From the NCBI RefSeq assembly GCF_018350175.1, contig NC_058368.1, positions 183,832,001 through 183,896,000 on the forward strand: DNA of 64,000 nt, in the 5' to 3' direction. The DNA is from Felis catus (lineage: Eukaryota). The notes under the pieces are model-generated. The model searched no databases, was not told the DNA's origin, and saw only the letters and a list, made by a program, of their open reading frames with translations. Of this stretch, positions 26,891-38,729 are shown in pieces (positions within the stretch are counted from its first letter, which is position 1; each line of letters opens with the position of its first letter). The position numbers and the translations under genes were made by a program.

Positions 26891-27404
26891 GTGATAGATA
26901 ATATATTTAGTTGTCATCCTCAAAACCCATTCTCAGCTTTCTTCTCACTTGAATTCTTCCATCACTAAGACTAGAAAGAAAAGTATTCCATTTTCCCGCT
27001 CTCTAAGGAGGTAGAGAAAGCCAGTGACACACTTTATGACCAATGACATTTAAATGAAAGTTTCCAGGAAAAGAGATTCTTTTTTTAATAAGGAGGTGGA
27101 TTTGATGGGAGAAATACTTTCACTATTTGTCTCTTTTTCTTCTTTACTTAAGGACATGATGCTTGGAGGTAAAGTAGCTATTTTATGGTCATGAGGCAAC
27201 AAGCAAATGTCCCAAAGCACTTACTAAAAATGGTAGGGCACATAAATATAATGAGTCAGGATGCCTGCCTACATCTTTGAGCAGCTACACCAGCCCTGGA
27301 ATGCCTGTATATTTACTTGCTGATCTATGAGAAAAATAAACTATTTGTCTGAGCCACTGTCTGATTTTCTGCTTTTTGCGAAAGAATATATTCCTAATTG
27401 ACAC
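26891..27404 (+). mobile_element. Old MaLR solo LTR (MLT1J/K-like)
   Basis: 'ggacatgatgcttggagg...gctattttatggtcatgagg', 'accagccctggaatgcct', 'gagaaaaataaac...gagccactg...cctaattgaca'. Confidence 0.75.
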
Positions 27405-28229
27405 CCACATACATTCAGAAATGGTTTTGAAGCTGAAGGAGCTTCTGTTCATACTTTCTCTGACACAAAGTTCCAAATACCAGATGGCAAGTTCCTTGGA
27501 TATTTGTTGGGCCTTGTAAGGTTTGAAGTGAGTCAAACTTATTTAGGTTTCCTCCTATTCCTCAACTTTTCTATGTAGGTCAAGGGCTATCCTCAAAGTG
27601 CTAAGAAATGGAAAAGAATTCATAGGAAGGCAATACATATTCTGAGGGATTTATAAGGAGTAAGAAAGGGGTTTCAGAATTAGTCTCAGCAAGCCCTTTG
27701 AACACATGAAACTATACAGGCCATTTCATTTTACCTTGTCTTCATTTTGGTCTTGATTTATGGAAGGAATGTCTTTCTTTACTATTTATGTTGTCTATCA
27801 GGCATTCTTACTCCTTAGTCATTACAGAAATGTGGGTTCCACAATGTAGAGACTTCAAATGCCCCTCCCTATTTGCTCTAGCCCCCCCCCATTTATTCTG
27901 AATCAAGTGTCATGACTATGGTCAATGTACTAACCCTTGTAAAGAACTCAAGTTCTAGATCATACTATAATATTTTCCACAGTGAACGTAGATGGTATGT
28001 TCCACCCATATGGGTTAAAAGTAAAGTTTAAATGTAGGGAATAATTATGAAGAGGTTCATATCTTTTGCATGAAAGGTAAAATTCTATTAACGATTTTGT
28101 TATATCGTGTTTTCTAAAAATAAGTATTTGGCTGAAGGTCATAAAAGGAGATACTATCTTTTTTAGTGTTTTATAAAAAAAATAGCAGTATTTTTAACAG
28201 TCTCCTAAGTGTGTGTTATATACTATTAA

Positions 28230-28385
28230 TTGTATGGTAAGGTAATGGTACATCACCATTTTAAGAGATGAATAAATTTAGATATAGAATTGTTCAAAGT
28301 CACAGAACTACTAAATGGTAGAACTGAGGCTCAAATGCAAGTCTTATACCTGTGTCTCTAAAATTCCTGTTGTTCCAGGTGACCT
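28230..28385 (-). mobile_element. MIR SINE
   Basis: 'ccattttaagagatgaataaa...ttgttcaaagtcacagaactactaaatggtagaactgagg'. Confidence 0.7.
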
Positions 28386-28972
28386 CATTTCAAAAAAGTA
28401 TATGGGAAAGATAGGATAAAAAAAAATTAATTCTAATTAAACTCATGGGAATTTGCCTATCTATGGACATAGTGCCCATTAAGATCTTTCAAATATGGGA
28501 GGTGTTGAATATCTTTAAGTTAAAATATATTTGAAAAATTTTGTTTTGCAGTGGAAAAAATTGAAAAAGTTATTCAGAATTAGCTACCTAGCCATATTTG
28601 CTTAAAAAAAAGTCAAGCTGTGTGGTAGCTTGCAAAGTGCTACAATGGACAGAGTTTGAGTACAAATAAGAAAAAATGTCAATATGGACAATTAATATAT
28701 TAGCTTCAGTATAAAAACTTTTATTGTATTTAGGGTATTTGGGGGGATATGTATCATATTTAAAAATAGTTTAAAGGTGCATACTATCATGAACAAGACT
28801 TATTTGTATTTACATAGTTTACTGCAACGTCAAATTTTATTTTGTACCTAACTTCAATCTAAAAGAAGAAGACGACAAACTCTAAAAGTATAGCATTTGA
28901 GGAATCTCTAGTAATGGAAGGATAGGTGATTTAGGACAATCCACACAATGAGAATATATATATTCCAGTGCC

Positions 28973-28974
<2 letters not shown>

Positions 28975-29006
<32 letters not shown>
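28975..29006. repeat. (TG)n microsatellite
   Basis: Direct read. Confidence 0.95.
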
Positions 29007-29008
<2 letters not shown>

Positions 29009-29969
29009 TTCCCCAGGATAACATGTTCAGGACATGGGGGAGTATGAATTGATAAAGAATGGGCCCAGTATTTGAGGGTTGTTCTTCCTCTGTGGGCATT
29101 TACCATATATGTAGGGATTGCTAAGAAGTTGAGCATCACTTTTGAGGATATCTGGATTTAAGCATAGAGTATCCATCCGTAGAGGAGCCCAGGTGATCTT
29201 TCTTTACTTTGGGCTTATATCTCAAGTGACAATAGCTTAGTAGTAAGAGAAAGAGAGGGAAACAGGTGCTCATGAGGATTTCAAGCTCAGCCTTGAATCA
29301 CCTGAATGATTAAGACTTAATCTCTAAAATGTGATTGCAGTGATCTGGTTCCAGATACCAGCAAGAGCAATGAAAATAATGAATAAAATAAGGCAAGATG
29401 ATTATCTCAAGAAAAACATAATATCTTAGGTTTCAATATTTCTAAAAACATTTTGTAAATACAAAATAAATAATAACCATGCACACAAGGGAACAAGAGA
29501 CATGCACAATAAAACAAAAACCTAAAAATCCACAAAAGCTAGCAGAACGGACAATTAAATAGACACACAGAAACACCAGATATTGGGAATCCTTGGATAT
29601 CAACTTTAATGTGCTATTTTTAAAGCACATATCTCAACATACATGTGCTATTTTTAAAGAGATAAAAGACAAGATTGAGAATTCTAGCGCATAATCTTTA
29701 AGACAAAGAAATTTTTAGAACTCAAGAGTATAATAAGTGAACTCAAAATTTAGGCTATGGGATCATGAGCAAATTGGACAAAACTGAAGAAAAAATTAAT
29801 GAACTGAAAGAAAAGACATGTAAAAAAAAAACTCCCAAAAAGAAGAATGAAAAATACGATGGAAAGATGGAAAATGCACATGATAAGCATAAGAATACAG
29901 AGGATACAATAGGAAGGTTTGGATCTATAGACGGAGGGGGGGAAATAATGAGATAAAAGTAATATTTGA

Positions 29970-30151
29970 GGGGCATCTGAGTGGCTCAGTCAGTTGTGTC
30001 TGACTCTTGATTTCAACTCAGCTTACGATCAAGTTGTGAGATGAAGTTGTGAGATCAAGTCCTGCATTCAGCTCTATGCTGGGTATGGAGACTGCTTAAG
30101 ATTCTCTCTTTTCCTCTCCCTCTGCCCCTTCCCCCCCCCCCCGAACAATAC
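29970..30151 (+). mobile_element. Can-SINE (older) inserted in the ORF1 remnant
   Basis: Head ggggcatctgagtggctcagtc. TSD aatatttga at 29961-29969 and 30152-30160. Confidence 0.9.
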
Positions 30152-30639
30152 AATATTTGAATAGGTAATGACTAAAAATTGTCTAAAATGAATTAAACAC
30201 ATCAAGCCAAATATTCACAAAGCCTCCTAAAAGTAAGAACAAATAAATAGAATTCCACATGTAGTCACCTCATAGTACAACCTCTAAAGAAAAAAAGAAG
30301 ATAAAAATTTAAAAACAGCCAGAAGGGAGAAAAATAAATACAATGATCAAAGGAGCAAAAGAGAAACAGTGGCCTTTTCAACAACAAAAATGAAATCCTG
30401 AGAACTTGGATTGATATTTTTAATGTGCTAAAGGAAAATAAACTGCCAAACTAAAAAATATACTTAGTGAAATATGTATTGATTAGGAGGTAACACGAGG
30501 ATGCTTTTGGGGGGTTGATAGTCTTTTCTGACATGGAGAGTAGTTACACATGTGTTTGCTTTGTGATAATATATTAACGTGTGCCATATATGCTTACTCC
30601 AAAGGTGACTGTATGTAGTCTGACACTTTTAGATATAAT

Positions 30640-31595
30640 TGATATGCCAATGAATTCCAAATTACATCTGGCTTGGGTATTTCCATGAACTTCACATTAC
30701 ATATCAAGCTCCATATCTTACACTTCCACTGGGTTTTCAATAGGAATCTCAAACTTGACACATCCAAAAATGAGTTTCTGATATCTATATCCCCTTCCCT
30801 AAATTATTATTTCAGTGAATATTAAATCTATCCTTCCAGGCTTAAAAAATTGTTGTCATCCTTGAATATCTTTCTCACACTCTAAATACATCTATTTAAA
30901 AATTAATTTGATTTTTCCTTCCAAATAATTTGGTCAGCCTCCTGCCCAAGCCACCATGGTCTCTCTTACCTCAGTGACTGCTGTAGCTTCCTAACTGGTC
31001 TCCCTACTTTTGCCCTTGTACAAAACAAGAGAACAGTCAAAGAGGTTCTGTTAAAATATGAGGCAGTGGCTCCAATCTCCAGGTGCCCCATTAGTCTTCC
31101 TTTCCATTTCCATTCCCCCTCTGACTTCATGTCCTCCTACTTTCTCTTTAGTTCATTATACCTCAGAGACAGCAGCCTCTACTCTGATCCGTAGCCTTGC
31201 TTTTCACTTAGGATCTCTGCACTTGTTATTATTCTGGCTGTAATACCTTTCCTCCAGATATCCTCACAGATAGCTCCCTGACTTCCTACTGATTTCTACT
31301 CAAAAACCACATTCTCAAAGTGCCTCGTCACTCTATCTAATTTTCCCCATCTCCCACACAGGCACACAAACACAAACATATATCATCCTATTGTGATGTT
31401 TTTTCCTCTTAGCATGTATCTGTATTTATCAGTAACTTATCTTTCCACTGTCTACACACTAGCATGTTAGTCCTGTGAGAATAGAGATGTTTGCCAGTTT
31501 TGATCATTATTATATCTCCAACATCTAGAATAGTGTCTAGCGCCATAGTAGGTGCATAATAAATATTTGATAAGTAAATTCTGAATAAGTGAAAA
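30640..31595 (+). mobile_element. L2 (L2a-like) 3' ~1 kb
   Basis: 'aatctcaaacttgacacatccaaaa', 'gcttcctaactggtctccct', tail 'catagtaggtgcataataaatatttg'. Confidence 0.85.
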
Positions 31596-31874
31596 TAAAG
31601 TAAAATAGTAACTTCATCCTATCTACACCTGTAAATATATTAAGTGAGTGACTCAATTAATATGGATATGACAAACTAAAACAAGACAATCTAAATAAGA
31701 AAATGCCTTAAAACACGTTTATCAGAATATTCTTTTGAGTCTTTCATTACACTACCTGGCCATGGTAAAGACAGCTTATCTAAATAATTATTTTTTATGT
31801 CTGTTAATATATCAAATTATATTTAGGAATTCCTAGTTATAAAAGTAACCTAGTGATTTAAAATACAGTGTATT

Positions 31875-32085
31875 GGGGTGCCTGGGTGGCTCAGTTGGTT
31901 GAGCGTGTGACTTTAGCTCAGGTCATGATCTCGCAGGTCATGAGTTTTAGCCCCACATCAGGCTCTGTGCTGACAGCTCGGAGCCTGGAGCCTTCTTCAG
32001 ATTCTGTGTCTCCCTCTCTTTCTGCTCCTCCCCTGCTCACACTCTATCTCTTTCTCAAAAATAAATATTTTAAGAAAATTGTGTT
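31875..32085 (+). mobile_element. Can-SINE
   Basis: Canonical head. TSD aaatacagtgtatt / aaatactgtgtatt. Confidence 0.95.
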
Positions 32086-32110
32086 AAATACTGTGTATTA
32101 ATAGAAAATT

Positions 32111-32679
32111 TGAGGTATAGTAAGTCCAACGTATTAGGAAACAATTGACATTGAAAAGACAGTTTATTACTCATAGTCCTCAAGAGGAGGGGTCATGCCA
32201 CAGACCTGGGAAGCCATATAGGTGGCTCCATATATGCCATATAAGCACCAGGGTTGCCCATGAGGCATAGGGAGATGGAGGAACTGTGTGTATCATCTTT
32301 CATTTGCAATTTCTAAGGGAAGGGATGGGTGAGGTAGAATCAGCATGATTGGAATTGGCTAATTGGAATAATTTCAACCAGGTCTGTGGCATAGGGGCTA
32401 TGCCTAGCTGTCTGTACTGGACCCTACAGCGATTACAGCAGGTGAATAGTAGCCTGATATGTGGTTGTGGGCATGGACTCTGGATTGGTTAGTTTATATT
32501 TGAAAAGTATACTGCTTGCAGGGGGACTTGTGGAGAGAAGACAAGGGAGGCAGGAGGCCAAGGCAAGATGACTCAAGCATATTATTGGGTTGTCAGGAAG
32601 CAAGCATGTCCAGCTTATGCGTATAGGGCAAGTATTTAAAGCAGCAAGTTTACAGAAGCCAAAAACATGGTTAACATAT
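32111..32679 (-). mobile_element. ERVL-class solo LTR (MER76/MER54-like)
   Basis: 'cattgaaaagacagtttattactcatagtcctcaagaggagggg', 'ggaataatttcaaccagg...ggcataggggct', end 'aaaacatggttaacata'. Confidence 0.65.
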
Positions 32680-32849
32680 CCAGTTAATTAGCCATTTAGC
32701 ACCATCTTATATGTGAGTTGTAAATTCTCCATGGTTGGACCAGAATTGTCAACTTTACCCATTTGATGTGAGCATCAAGCTAACTGACAAAAGTTATAAA
32801 CACTGATTATAGTATGTTGACAAATGATGATAGAGCCTAAATTTAAAGC

Positions 32850-33035
32850 AGTGTTCATGTTGCATGTCATTTAATTAACCCTTTGGAACCTGCAGTACTT
32901 TTTCTATCCCAAATTTTATGAAAGATGGAGCTGATCCTCAGAAAGTGTTTCTACTGCCCAGGTTTATATGCTAGAAATTGTTGGAGCCAAATCTACTCCA
33001 GCAACCTAAAGTCAAATATTTATGAGCTGTGTCAC
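32850..33035 (-). mobile_element. MIR SINE
   Basis: 'tcatttaattaacc...tatcccaaattttatgaaagatggagctgatcctcagaaag...tgcccagg'. Confidence 0.55.
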
Positions 33036-34651
33036 AGAAATCCTTGGCTGAAGCCTTCTAATAATTTAGTCCTTCAGAAATAAATAAGTAAAAACATGGA
33101 GCCATTTCATATTTACAAACTTGTGTAACTTTAGCAGTTAGTCACTGATGCCATTAATCATCAAAAAACATAGGTTTTATACTTTCTCCTTGCTACTACT
33201 TTATATTGACAAGTCCTTGGGTAGTATTCAGAAGGCTGGAGAAAGTTCAATAGTTAAATGACAGGATTTAACCCACCAAGAGTTACAATCACATCCTACA
33301 GCATTTCAATGCAGAGTCAGAGCTAGTATTGAAGCTCCCTGAAAACCTGTCTTCCAAAAGACTCACTGACGTAAGTTATAGCTGTCATTTTATATAGCAA
33401 CTTCTGGTGTCCTTATTTTAATACCAGTATATTAGTATTCCCCAGTGCCTTTTTGTTGTTCTTCTTGTTAAAATAAACTGAATTTTAAAAGGAAGATGTC
33501 ATGCTTATTTGGAAATCTGTTACATGGATCTTTTATCCTTCCTTTCTTTCCCCTTCCTGTGCCCACTAGTTGAATATATATGGGAATTTGGGTCAGAGAG
33601 GCTGTGTCAATGTAATTTGGGGATCAAAAGTACTCATTTACTTATTTGTACATAATGTCATAAAAATATATGTTCTCCTAATCAAATAATAGGGATTACT
33701 AGATAAGAAATATACTGAGTATAGATTAATGCGACTTTTTCTTCATCCATAATAACAAATATTCTACATCCCAGGACACAAGAGAGTTTAAATATTCTGA
33801 TCCAAACAACTCCAGCAGGTTAAACATCCTCACTGGATTGACTTTACTGATTGAAATGTCTGGTCTCAATGGCCAGTCCTTCTGTTGTGCTTTCTCTAGA
33901 TGACATGAGGAAACTTCTCTCCCTGACAAGAGATGAAACATTTCTGCCAGTCGAGGTGACACTGTGTTCACTCAATAATGATACAAGGCCCTGAGGTCCT
34001 TCCATACGAAAGATAACAAAGAAATCCTCATTAGCCAACTGAGAAAGAATAAAGTTCATCCCATGGAGAGAATGGCATTCGTACATGTCACCTAGCCATT
34101 TGTTCTTCATTAATTCTGTAAGCCCAAGCTGGGCTATCATCCAGTAGCGTTTCAATACTCTGTCCTCTGTCAGAATTAATGCTTAGGGTGTTTGTTTCCT
34201 CTGTAATGTACTTAAGAGAACATTTTATGGTCATTTGCCTTCACATCAATGAATTCAAATAATGTTTTAGAACATAATATGATTAGATTTAATATTGCTA
34301 CTAACAGTTTGGATTTCTCAGATGAAATAAATGAGAACTGTAGTCATCTATTCTAAAGAGCTCATTATACAAATTCCTAAAACTTACTATCATTCTTAGT
34401 GATGACAGTGTGCAAAGTACTGATTTAGTTATTGCCTTATATTTAAAAAGTGCTTATTTACAGGAAGAGACCTCTAAGTCATTTTATTTCTTATAGTGAA
34501 ACTTTAGTCTATTAGTTATCTGGTAAAACATATATTTTCTCCTTGTTACTACTTAAGTCTAGACTTTTCTCATTATTAGATAGAAAACAGCAAAAACAGA
34601 CTTCTACTCTAAAGAGTGTTGTAAAAGTAATCTCTAAAAAAGACACATATT

Positions 34652-34735
34652 GGGGTGCTTGTGCTGACAGCGCAGAGCCTGGAGCCTGCTTCGGATTCTG
34701 TCTCCATCTCTCTCTGCCCCTTCCCCACTCACACT

Positions 34736-34783
<48 letters not shown>

Positions 34784-34808
34784 TAAACATTAAAATTTCT
34801 TTTAAATT
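34652..34808 (+). mobile_element. Can-SINE lacking its tRNA-derived promoter region
   Basis: ggggtgct joined directly to tgtgctgacagc. (CT)n body. TSD aaaaagacacatattg at 34637-34652 and 34809-34824. Confidence 0.9.
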
Positions 34809-36354
34809 AAAAAGACACATATTGTTTCTTCTGTCCAGATTATTTGATTAGTTACCTAAGACATCTTATGCTATATATACATAATTTCCATAAACTGAGA
34901 TTACATGTCTTTGACGATAGTACAAAACCCTGAAGTTTTTAGTAAGAAGATATAAGGAAAAAAAGAAGGAAAGATACAGGTTTTTCAATAAAAATTAAAA
35001 TATTATTAAATATATTTTTAAAATATATTTAAAAATTAAATATTTATATTTTATAAAATAAAAAATATATTAAAAAATAACATTTTAAAAAAGCAAGGGA
35101 ACATACGCTTTTAGTAATTTTCAAATAATCTTTATTACTGAGTGTGCTAACTAAGCCAATAGTATCAGGTTTTATGGAAAAACATCACCTTGGTAAGTAC
35201 TGTAAAAGTCACATTCTCAAAAGGAAAATAACTATGGTAACACTATGTATAGTAAGAACCATGCATGACTATTTAGCTAATAAAATAAAAATTAAAAGTC
35301 ATGAATCTACCTAATTGCATTAAAGATTTGAGAATGAAAGCAAGTAATAATTTAATAATTCTAATACTTGATATTCCAGGATATAATATTAAGGTCAGCA
35401 TTTTATTATTATGTCATAGAAGCATTAATTCTTTCAGTTGTAATTTCTTTAGGAAACACAAGTGGGTCAACAAACAGATAAGGCAAAACTGTAGCAGTTT
35501 GACAGGTTAAATTAGGTCACATTTTGGGAATAAAATACAGCAACTCTCCAAATGTGTCTTTACAATGTATATTATATTAATTTGAATTACATCAATTTAA
35601 AATAATGTAACAAAATTTATGTGAAACTAATTTCACGTGCAAAGTCCAAAATCATGTGAAGTATGCCGGTTTATCACATTATTTCAAATTGCAAACTGTG
35701 TTGTGACTAGTAGTTAGTACCATTGGCAGGTGAATAGAAATCTCTCAGTTGTCAACATTTATCTGGTTTTATGCAAAATGTGAATTATAAAAGTATCCCA
35801 GGAGTGTGTTCTCATATATATCTGCCTAAATATAAGTCCTTTCACAGAAGATGAGGTTTTGTTGTACTGAAACCCTGCTACTCATTTTCAGGAATATAGC
35901 TTTGAGAAGGGTAAGTTGGTATCATTCCCTTATTTATTCTGTGTGTTCTGTAAACAATGATTTAGGGGAAAATTAACACTCTCTTTTAAGCATGTCCCTG
36001 ATGTGAAGCTACTGAGCTCACTTTTTGCTGTTTCTCCAGATAGACACTGCCAAACCCCAAGGCACAATCTTCTCACTCATGTACCAGGCTGCATGTCTAA
36101 TGAAAGTCAATGAGAAATGTCTGTCTGCTGTAGTTTTCTATTGAATTCTACTTGCCTGTGATGCTATTTGCAAGTCAATTGCAAAACCAGACTAATTTCC
36201 CTTTTCTATGTTATATGTTGGAATACATTGCCTGGTACATGATAGAGACAAGCTAAAACCATGTGCATTAAAGCTGTTACTTTGCATTTATACTTGTCTC
36301 CCCTATTGTTACGTTGTTGTTATTTGGGACTTCACTTAAAAACGACGGGTCTCC

Positions 36355-36570
36355 GAGCGCCTGGGTGGCTCAGTAGGTTGAGCGTCCCCCTTCGGCTCAG
36401 GTCATGATCTCACAGCTCATGGGTTTGAGCCCCACGTCAGGCTCTGTGCTGACAGCTCAGAGCCCAGAGCTTGCTTCAGATTCTGTGTCTCCCTCTCTCT
36501 CTCCACCCCTCTCCCACTCACCGTCTCTCTCTCAGAAATAAATAAAAACATTTAAAAAATTAAAAAATAT
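36355..36570 (+). mobile_element. Can-SINE
   Basis: Canonical body. TSD aaacgacgggtctcc / aaatgattggtctcc. Confidence 0.95.
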
Positions 36571-37279
36571 AAATGATTGGTCTCCTCAACTTACTATCCA
36601 AGTGCTTAATCCTATCATTTTATGAAAAAAAAAAGGTAAGGAAGTAAAAGGAGAATTCAAAATCAAACCTGAGCTTTATTACCATCCAAACTAATCGTAA
36701 GAAGTTTCAGGAGTTAAGGAATATTTTAATGAAAATTATACATCTTTATATATTAATAATCATTACTTTTGTAACCAATATCATATAATTCAAAGGAACA
36801 ACATAAACACTATAACACAATTTCACTTTGTGAAATGACTTGTGATGTGTATCTCAGAAAAGGAGATACTTTAGGCCAAAGTCTCTGTAGTAGGAAATTA
36901 TTACTATTCTTCAACTTTCATTGTTTCCTCCCTCTGAAAGTTTAATGTATATAGTTTATAAGGTGTTCATGTCTGAAAATATTGCATCAAATTATGTTTT
37001 TCTTACCACTTTTTTTTCTCTATCATCTATTTTCACCACTAGTATTCCTCTTTTCTAAACAAGCTTGAAGATGTTACCTCAAAAGCTGCATATAATTTAA
37101 GGGCAAAAATAGCCTCCTCCTAACCAATAAAAAAATAACAGTGTCTTCTTCTTCCTGAAGTGGGTTTGTATCCATATGCTCTCTCTCAGTCTCTGTTCTT
37201 TGTGTCCCTCCATTTCTCCCTTCTTCCATCCCCTCCCTCACACACACACACGCTTCTGTAATCACACACTGTTATCTGC

Positions 37280-37690
37280 CTTCCTTAGTAATACCAATTA
37301 CCCCCAGACTGGGTTAGTTTTGGGGCTCAGTTTGCATATTTTTTCCAGTGACTTCCATTGCCTGGAATGTTCTTTCTTCTCTAGGTGGGGGTTGAGGAGA
37401 AACACAGAATGAAGTACTTTTTCATCTTTTAACACTTACCTCAAATGTCTTTTCCTTGTTACCTTTCCCATGTGTGTCCCCAGCCAGGCAGTCAGATGCT
37501 CCCATTTTAATCATGAAATGCTTGTTTCATATGCCTTTACAACACAATTTATTATAAGTTTTCACTAGGTCTATGTCTATCCCCGAAAAAAAACACAATA
37601 TTTTAATATCTTATTTAATATTTAATGTCATAGACCTAATAAAGTGCCTGGCCTATAATAATTCCTTAATAAATATTAAAAAGATAAATT
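37280..37690 (+). mobile_element. L2 3' end
   Basis: 'ccattgcctggaatgttct', 'ctcaaatgtc', 'aaagtgcctggcctataata...aataaatatt'. Confidence 0.7.
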
Positions 37691-38082
37691 TAGATGCCTG
37701 AGCCTTCTTCCCTGGTTTTCTTCCCTTCTATTGTTCTACTGCAAAATATTTTTTTCTCATTCTTCATCATTCACCCATCCATAAAACTCTTATTTTCTTC
37801 CAACTTCGGTGAATTGATTTTTTAATTCTTTTCTGAAAATCTGCCTTCTCTGCCAGCTTCTTCCTCTTTATTATTAATAATAGATTTTCAAGCCTGCTAT
37901 TATAAAGTCTATCATTTAACACAGGAGCTTTCAATTATATTCAATGCTCTAAAACAGATGTTTTGTTGACCATCTTGTCACTAAATTCTCAGTGTTTATC
38001 ATAACTATATTTTGGTCAAGCCTTAGCTTATAATTTGGTAGTTTTACTCTAAAGTCTTTCTTCTTCCTAAATGCAAAGTTTG

Positions 38083-38084
<2 letters not shown>

Positions 38085-38152
<68 letters not shown>
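38085..38152. repeat. Compound (TA)n(CA)n microsatellite
   Basis: Direct read. Confidence 0.95.
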
Positions 38153-38155
<3 letters not shown>

Positions 38156-38359
38156 TAAGGGAAAGGAAGCTGCCATCTTCCTTGGTTAGTAGAATGGCTC
38201 TTCTTCCTCTCCTTCTTCCCCTTCCCGTTCTCTTCCTCCTCTTCTTTATCCCCTCTTCTCCTCCTCTTCCTCTTCCTGCTTTTTGGCCATTTCTTTACAT
38301 CTGTGTCTTAGGATAAAACTATAGATGATGAAATGGCAAAAAGTATGTTCTATAAAATG

Positions 38360-38521
38360 ATACGACTCAAAGTGTGGTCCATAGAACAGAAGCATTGATA
38401 CTATCTAGAAACTCATTAGAAATCTAGAAATATAGTTGAGTTCATGTCCAACTCCAGACCCACAGAATAAGAATCTCAATTTTCTGATATTTTTATGCAC
38501 TTTAATTTTGACAAGCACTGA
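38360..38521. mobile_element. MER5A-like hAT MITE
   Basis: 'actcaaagtgtggtccatagaacagaagcatt...ccaactccagacccacagaataagaatct...ttgacaagcactg'. Confidence 0.75.
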
Positions 38522-38729
38522 TCAAAACTAAATCCATTAGTCCATGAGAACTACACTTAGAATAGTGAAACAATACGACACTATTTTTAAATGTGTCTAT
38601 GTGTGCTTCTAGACTCCGTGGCAGTGCTGTAAAACCTAATAATTACAAGTGTAATTTTCTAAATGCCAAAGATAGGCACTTCTGTTCACAAATACAGAAT
38701 GAACATTTTTGTTCAGAGAAGATTAATGA

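Larger units (their letters stand above)
22590..28840 (+). repeat. Ancient tandem duplication, copy 2
   Basis: See copy 1. Anchors at 23097, 23338, 24145, 25286, 25757, 26618, 27911 and 28609. Confidence 0.75.
28900..30620 (+). mobile_element. HAL1-like or internally deleted old L1: 5' region, ORF1 remnant, L1ME-type 3' UTR
   Basis: ORF 29765-29956 (SKLDKTEEKINELKEK) resembles the L1 ORF1p coiled coil. ORF1 C-terminal motif 'tgtgctaaaggaaaataaactgccaaac' at ~30425-30450 is followed directly by 3'UTR-like sequence. Confidence 0.6.

Noticed and set aside
34980..35092. AT-only quasi-palindromic tract
   Set aside because: Low-complexity sequence in which inverted symmetry is expected by chance
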